Shown here one piece after another: positions 55,139 to 59,874 of a stretch of DNA of 59,874 nucleotides. Location of the stretch: IMG/VR virus record IMGVR_UViG_3300025133_000113, positions 1-59,874 of that record. One strand, 5' to 3'. The notes under the pieces are model-generated. The model was not told where the DNA came from. It saw nothing but the letters and a program-made list of their open reading frames with translations, and ran no database searches. Made by a program: the position numbers and the translations under genes. The stretch comes from a virus (taxonomy: Duplodnaviria > Caudoviricetes). Position 1 is the stretch's first letter, and the number at the start of each line of letters is the position of its first letter.

Positions 55139-55775
55139 TTAATAACGTTTTTCCATATAAAACCCAATCTTCGTGATATAACATTTCAACTCGTTTTCTT
55201 ATTGCTTGGTTGGTGTTTACGATGTCTATGAGTCTATCCCGTCTGGCTTTGATAGTGCCCACATTCACATTCCTGTGACCCAACTCTACCTTTATCCCAT
55301 GTTTCTGGCAGAACAATTTAAAATCTACATCTAAATTCTCAAAAATCAATAGTTCATCTAAATCAAATAATTTACCTTCTCTATTAATTAGGAATGCAAC
55401 TTGTGGTGCCGTATGTGGCTCAAAAAAGCCTTTTTCTAGTACATTCAGAAACCCAGTCAGTAACTCTATGTCAGATTTTCTTCGTAATTCTTTAAGGTTT
55501 GATGGTGCAGTACTACCGAGACATTCTATAAGTCCACTAACAAATCTTTCGTTAGGGTTTCTAATTATAGCGAATTTTTTATACCCTCTTAAGCCATTTT
55601 TGGTGTTCAGATTTACCCTAGGGGTCTTACTTGTGGTACCAAAAGCATGTCTAATGCTGGATGAGGCATTTTTCGGTACTTGTAGAAACATAATTTTCTG
55701 TGGTTTAAATACCCAAGCTCTACCATTACGATATGCTATATTATTAATATATTTAGTCGCCTTTTTTTTCTTCAT
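55110..55775 (-). CDS. sulfotransferase (Sulfotransfer_2-like), tandem paralogue
   Basis: VPKNASSS, IRNPNERFVS, HTAPQVAFL, YHED. Confidence 0.8.
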   Translation of the reverse strand: MKKKKATKYINNIAYRNGRAWVFKPQKIMFLQVPKNASSSIRHAFGTTSKTPRVNLNTKNGLRGYKKFAIIRNPNERFVSGLIECLGSTAPSNLKELRRKSDIELLTGFLNVLEKGFFEPHTAPQVAFLINREGKLFDLDELLIFENLDVDFKLFCQKHGIKVELGHRNVNVGTIKARRDRLIDIVNTNQAIRKRVEMLYHEDWVLYGKTLLNVLKRDNRP

Positions 55776-56457
55776 ATCTAATTAGATATTTCTCAAATAA
55801 ATCACCACACTTATTCCTTAAAAATTTATCCCAAGATGACTTCAACCCCTTAGTTAATTTATTCGAATGGTGGATAACGTTTTTCCCTTTGGTTATTGAT
55901 GGTCGATATAGAGTTAATGATTTCTTTTTATGTCCATCTAATTTATTGACGAACTCGTCAATGTTATCCACCCCCTCACCTAGGAATTCAGCAATCTTCC
56001 GTAATTCACACTCAACATCTGTGATGAAATCTTCATAATAAACCAATAACTTCTCACCTTTAAAGTCATCGAAATAACGTATCACATCCACGTAATTACG
56101 AGAGGTCTTATTTGAGGAACAACTTCTTTGCAAAGTAGCCAATGTGATTTTAGTACCCTCATGGTGTCTAACAATCACCTCCTTGTAATTCCGAATAACC
56201 AGAATTAGTTTATCCACCCTTTTAGTACTAAAGGTTTCGTGTCGTTTTAATAATATGGGGTCAACTTTTAAGTCTACACCCAAAGTTGGAATATTACTAC
56301 CAATCGGGTTCTCTAATGGGGCTTTAGATTTAGTGTAGCCGTAAGTTGGTTTCTTGGTTATCGCTTCAACGCAATACCTAATCCAACTATTACCACTTCT
56401 TGGGTAACTCAATAGTATGTTCCCTTCCTTATGCATCAAAGAAATAGTCGTTATCAT
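55753..56457 (-). CDS. sulfotransferase (Sulfotransfer_1-like)
   Basis: SYPRSGNSW, LKRH, IRNYKE, YYEDF. Confidence 0.75.
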   Translation of the reverse strand: MITTISLMHKEGNILLSYPRSGNSWIRYCVEAITKKPTYGYTKSKAPLENPIGSNIPTLGVDLKVDPILLKRHETFSTKRVDKLILVIRNYKEVIVRHHEGTKITLATLQRSCSSNKTSRNYVDVIRYFDDFKGEKLLVYYEDFITDVECELRKIAEFLGEGVDNIDEFVNKLDGHKKKSLTLYRPSITKGKNVIHHSNKLTKGLKSSWDKFLRNKCGDLFEKYLIRYEEKKGD

Positions 56458-56731
56458 TTATTCCTTTATCGTCAATATAATAATCTGCGTATATCTTAAT
56501 ACCCGTCCTCAACTTATGGAACTTCAACCCCCAATCAGTTAGCTGGTCTTGGGTATGTCCGAACCAGTTAATACCTGATATGGAACCTCTGGCTGTATCG
56601 ATGATTATATGGTGACCCTCATCGTATAGTTTATTCACTACCTCAATCCGTTTCATATCGGGGACTGAACTCTCATATTCCCCATCGATTGTCTCACATA
56701 GGGTGTCGTCTAAATCAAAGCAATATATCAT
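56429..56731 (-). CDS. small capless HAD phosphatase
   Basis: FDLDDTL, TARG, GIK..ADYYIDDK. Confidence 0.85.
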   Translation of the reverse strand: MIYCFDLDDTLCETIDGEYESSVPDMKRIEVVNKLYDEGHHIIIDTARGSISGINWFGHTQDQLTDWGLKFHKLRTGIKIYADYYIDDKGINDNDYFFDA

Positions 56732-57345
56732 TTCTTAATATCGTATTCTAGGTACCTATAACCATTGGTTTTATGTGCTATCTTACTCTCCATCAGGGTA
56801 TAATTCGTTAATCGTTCATTCAAGTAAGTTGCTGGTAACATACAGCCGTAATACACCTTAGAACCGTCTTTAAGGTCACCTAACATCTTAAGTGTGTCGT
56901 GGTGTCGTATCTGCAAGTATAATTCCTCACACTTGCTGTTATTCACCTTATCTAAGAACTCATCCAAATACTCCTTGGTTACGAAATGTTGGATACAGGC
57001 GAAGCAACAGAAGATATCAGCTTCAAATTGGTCGAAGGAATCTGGTACCAAATGGAATTCAGTATTATGATACTTCTCCAATCGCTTCTTAGCATTATTA
57101 AGTGAGCGTTCCGATATATCGATACCGATGTATTTAGCGTTAGCTATCTGTAGTACCATATCACCAAAATAACCACCACCAACACCATAGTCAATTATCG
57201 TCTTACCATCAACCCTTTTCCCCATTCTGGGCATCACATATTGCTCAAATCGGCTCATTAATTTATTCTCATTCTCAGTGCTGATATTGAGTTGAACCAA
57301 TCCAGTGTCACACTTCTCCCAGAAATCCTTTAATTCATCGCCCAT
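56728..57345 (-). CDS. class I SAM-dependent methyltransferase
   Basis: IIDYGVGGG, GIDIS, CIQHF. Confidence 0.85.
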   Translation of the reverse strand: MGDELKDFWEKCDTGLVQLNISTENENKLMSRFEQYVMPRMGKRVDGKTIIDYGVGGGYFGDMVLQIANAKYIGIDISERSLNNAKKRLEKYHNTEFHLVPDSFDQFEADIFCCFACIQHFVTKEYLDEFLDKVNNSKCEELYLQIRHHDTLKMLGDLKDGSKVYYGCMLPATYLNERLTNYTLMESKIAHKTNGYRYLEYDIKK

Positions 57346-58196
57346 TATCCTCTTAGTTTTTTCAATGCTGGTAATTCACTCTTTAATATCTCCTTATCAA
57401 AAGAACCCATAGCCGTGTGAATTTGCCTTATGTATTTAGTTATCAACTTAACCCCGTCAACTTCCAAAGAACCTTTATGGTCGGTACCCCTCATATTTCT
57501 ATCCAAGGTGAAATGTCGCTCAATTATATTGGCACCCATAACGTAAGCTGCAAGGTCTGGTGAAATACTCATATGGTGACCACTCAATCCGAACGCTTTA
57601 ATCTTACCAGCATATCGTTCTTGATATGTTTTTAGTACGTTAAGGTTGATATCCCTATCCTCACATGGATACGAACTAGTGCACTGCATCAAATATTTGT
57701 CATTATCTTTGAATATATTATTCACCGCTTCATCCACATCCCCTATGGTGCACATACCTGTGGATATAATAATTGGTTTACCTGTTTTAGCCGCAGCTTC
57801 CAATAGTGGAATGTCAGCCATCCTTTGTGAAGCAATCTTGAGGAATTTTAAATCACAATCATTAACTAAAAACTCCAAACTGGGTATATCAGTAAAACTG
57901 GAGGTGAAATCAAATCCCCTACTCTTCACATACTCTTCTAATTCGAGAAATTCATCCTTACTTAGCTCTAACGCTTTTCGATGCTCATAGTAGGTATCTC
58001 CGAACGAATTTTCATTAATATATGGCATACCCTTTTGTGTCTCACTCAAACAGGTATCAATATCTCGTTTAGCCGTCTTGATACAGGAAACACCAGTACC
58101 AACCAGAGCGTCCACCATCTTCTTGGCTATGTTAATGTCACCTTGATGGTTCTGACCAATCTCAGCTATAAAGTACGGTTCGTTAGGGTTAATCAT
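57345..58196 (-). CDS. neuB: NeuB-family nonulosonate synthase, 9-phosphate (KDN-9P/Neu5Ac-9P) type, no C-terminal SAF domain
   Basis: FIAEIGQNHQGD, SFGDTYYEHRKALE, KIAS, ISTGM, QCTSSYP, GLSGH, ERHFTLD, GTDH; start ATG 58196. Confidence 0.88.
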   Translation of the reverse strand: MINPNEPYFIAEIGQNHQGDINIAKKMVDALVGTGVSCIKTAKRDIDTCLSETQKGMPYINENSFGDTYYEHRKALELSKDEFLELEEYVKSRGFDFTSSFTDIPSLEFLVNDCDLKFLKIASQRMADIPLLEAAAKTGKPIIISTGMCTIGDVDEAVNNIFKDNDKYLMQCTSSYPCEDRDINLNVLKTYQERYAGKIKAFGLSGHHMSISPDLAAYVMGANIIERHFTLDRNMRGTDHKGSLEVDGVKLITKYIRQIHTAMGSFDKEILKSELPALKKLRG

Positions 58197-58776
58197 CAAA
58201 TGTGTAGTTAAAGTAGTTGATATCACGTTCATGCATTCTGGCTACCAATGCTTCGGTGGTATCATTGTAATGTTCTTGATAAGCTGAATGTTTGCTGGTG
58301 TTCAATTTAGGTAGGTCAATGGTAATCCCAAGTTCTTCTGCCACTTCAGCAATCCCCTCTTCCAGATTCTCAAACCTGATTACCTTATCTACTAGTAAAT
58401 TAACGTCATCAGATTTATGCATATACATTCTTTTTCCGTTATGCCATTGCCATCGAGGTCCTGCAATCCAATCCAATTGGTTACCCACTTGGTTAATGTG
58501 TCCATGTCTAAGATATTGACCAAACCCCATATTGATGTGTTTACCATCCTTACGTTGTTGTTGGTAATGCCATTCAGATACCATTCGTTCCCATGGGTTT
58601 CTCACCACAGCAAACTTGAAGTACTCGTTGAAATCCTTATCACTCATCATCCGTCTATAGTCGAAGATGTTACGATGAGGGTTACCATTATCGTTAGCTC
58701 CCAGCGCTTTGCTTATGCTGCTACCAGCAGTTTTAGTGATGTGTACGAATACGCATTTATTGTTTTTGTGTATCAT
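58189..58776 (-). CDS. sulfotransferase (Sulfotransfer_2-like)
   Basis: FVHITKTAGSS, VRNPWERMVS, RFENL. Confidence 0.85.
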   Translation of the reverse strand: MIHKNNKCVFVHITKTAGSSISKALGANDNGNPHRNIFDYRRMMSDKDFNEYFKFAVVRNPWERMVSEWHYQQQRKDGKHINMGFGQYLRHGHINQVGNQLDWIAGPRWQWHNGKRMYMHKSDDVNLLVDKVIRFENLEEGIAEVAEELGITIDLPKLNTSKHSAYQEHYNDTTEALVARMHERDINYFNYTFDD

Positions 58777-59308
58777 TCAATTCCCATTTATAATGTATCT
58801 CTGAAGCCTCTGTTTGAATCATACCAACATACGTGGATAATTCATGCTTCGGTAATTGTAAACTATCCAATATCAGGATACCATTCTCTATCCCATCTTC
58901 ACCATAAGACCTTATTTCCCCAGCCTCACTACGCACTATCAATTCAAGACCTTTATCTATATCAGATGACTTATGTCCTATACTATTAGCCATAATATTC
59001 ACTATGATATCATATGGTCTATCCAATGACTTATATGCAAACTTTATTACGTCAAATATTGGCTCGTCTGGTGTGGTTGCGTTGATGGTTCTGTGTACCA
59101 CAATCAACCCCATATCGTTAGCATACTTAGCTATATCCTCATCATCGGTGGCTATAACCACAGAATCGATATGGTCACAACCCATCATGGCATCTAGCGC
59201 ATGTCTATACATGGGCTTACCATCCACTGGGTGAACATTCTTACGTGGGAACCTGTTCGAATTCCTCTTCGCTACTATTATCCCTACTACTGTTTGTTCG
59301 TGTATCAT
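58757..59308 (-). CDS. neuA: acylneuraminate cytidylyltransferase (CMP-nonulosonate synthetase)
   Basis: IIVAKRNSNRFPRKN...GKPM, VVIATDD. Confidence 0.8.
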   Translation of the reverse strand: MIHEQTVVGIIVAKRNSNRFPRKNVHPVDGKPMYRHALDAMMGCDHIDSVVIATDDEDIAKYANDMGLIVVHRTINATTPDEPIFDVIKFAYKSLDRPYDIIVNIMANSIGHKSSDIDKGLELIVRSEAGEIRSYGEDGIENGILILDSLQLPKHELSTYVGMIQTEASEIHYKWELNDTQKQ

Positions 59309-59874
59309 TTAAAACTGTATCTAAAGGTAAATAAGTGGCACCTGCCCCAATCAACCTACTTTTTTCTGCGGTTGAGATTATCTCAACTCCGTTATTTTTC
59401 ATTTGCTTGAACATTCGTTTCAACGTTGGTATCGTATTAGGAGTAAAAAAGGCTGTCTTCCTCAATTCTTTCACTGGTAACATATGCTTAAGAAACATAT
59501 TCCAATCCTTGTTAATGTTATCGAACCTATGTTTACCACGATACTTACTTCGCAATTTGACTATGTTATCCCTCAATTCTTGTTTCATCCCCTCATCAAC
59601 ATCGTAGAAATGTAACCTATTCATTTGGTTGAATCCAATATAAACCACTCGTTTGGCTCCCATCATATAAGCCAAATTTGTTACACTTAAACCTATATTG
59701 GCAGCACCGCATAGATAGTTACCATTACCTTCACCCACACGCCTTAACATCTTCATCTTAGGGTTATCGTGTATTCTATTCACTTTCACCCTGATTAACT
59801 TCTTCAAATTATATGGTTCGAAGAATTCCCTATCCGCTTGGAAGAACATAGCTTTAATGTTATCCATATTGGCG
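59241..59874 (-). CDS. Maf/sialyltransferase-like protein (5' end may lie outside window)
   Basis: SVTNLAYMMGAKRVVYIGFN....HFYD resembles the Maf/GT42-type LAY.MG...I.L.G.D...HFY motif. Confidence 0.55.
   Translation of the reverse strand, partial: ANMDNIKAMFFQADREFFEPYNLKKLIRVKVNRIHDNPKMKMLRRVGEGNGNYLCGAANIGLSVTNLAYMMGAKRVVYIGFNQMNRLHFYDVDEGMKQELRDNIVKLRSKYRGKHRFDNINKDWNMFLKHMLPVKELRKTAFFTPNTIPTLKRMFKQMKNNGVEIISTAEKSRLIGAGATYLPLDTVLNDTRTNSSRDNSSEEEFEQVPT

Noticed and set aside
1-59874. Stop-codon reassignment as in some jumbo phages
   Set aside because: Core genes are intact under the standard code, and TAA, TAG and TGA all end coupled genes
1-59874. tRNA, rRNA, integrase or transposase genes
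   Set aside because: None recognised by eye and intergenic gaps are mostly too short; a tRNAscan-SE run would be needed to be certain

Overview
This AT-rich 59.9 kb window comes from a large T4-like (myovirus-type, probably jumbo) dsDNA phage read in the standard genetic code. Repeated TTTG-N20-TAnnTTTG promoters point to a Bacteroidota host. Layout: (i) 1-23.5 kb is accessory: small membrane proteins, a PcfJ-like protein, a Cys-rich repeat protein, a nuclease, a metallopeptidase, thioredoxin, an LRR protein, a Mom-like enzyme, a lytic transglycosylase, ClpC, KTSC, ThyA and an orphan tail-tube homologue. (ii) 23.5-38.4 kb is the head module: terminase, portal, prohead protease, scaffold and major capsid. 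(iii) 38.4-47.6 kb holds small genes, baseplate-type genes and a gp55-like late sigma factor. (iv) 47.6-59.9 kb is a glycan cluster: two glycosyltransferases, PhoH, Gmd-ColD-ColC/Fcl, four sulfotransferases, a methyltransferase and a KDN/sialic-acid-type synthase-phosphatase-CMP-transferase-transferase set. Top observations: a 17-codon copy of the phage's own portal clip peptide, diverged mostly at silent sites, inside an unrelated small gene, close to a tail-sheath-like motif and an orphan tail-tube gene (a possible structural-protein decoy system); a likely programmed frameshift or slippage at an A10 run joining two head-module ORFs; a phage late-promoter motif ATATTTAT with many leaderless starts; and a 21-bp RNA hairpin. 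All family calls come from motif recognition by eye; no database searches were run.
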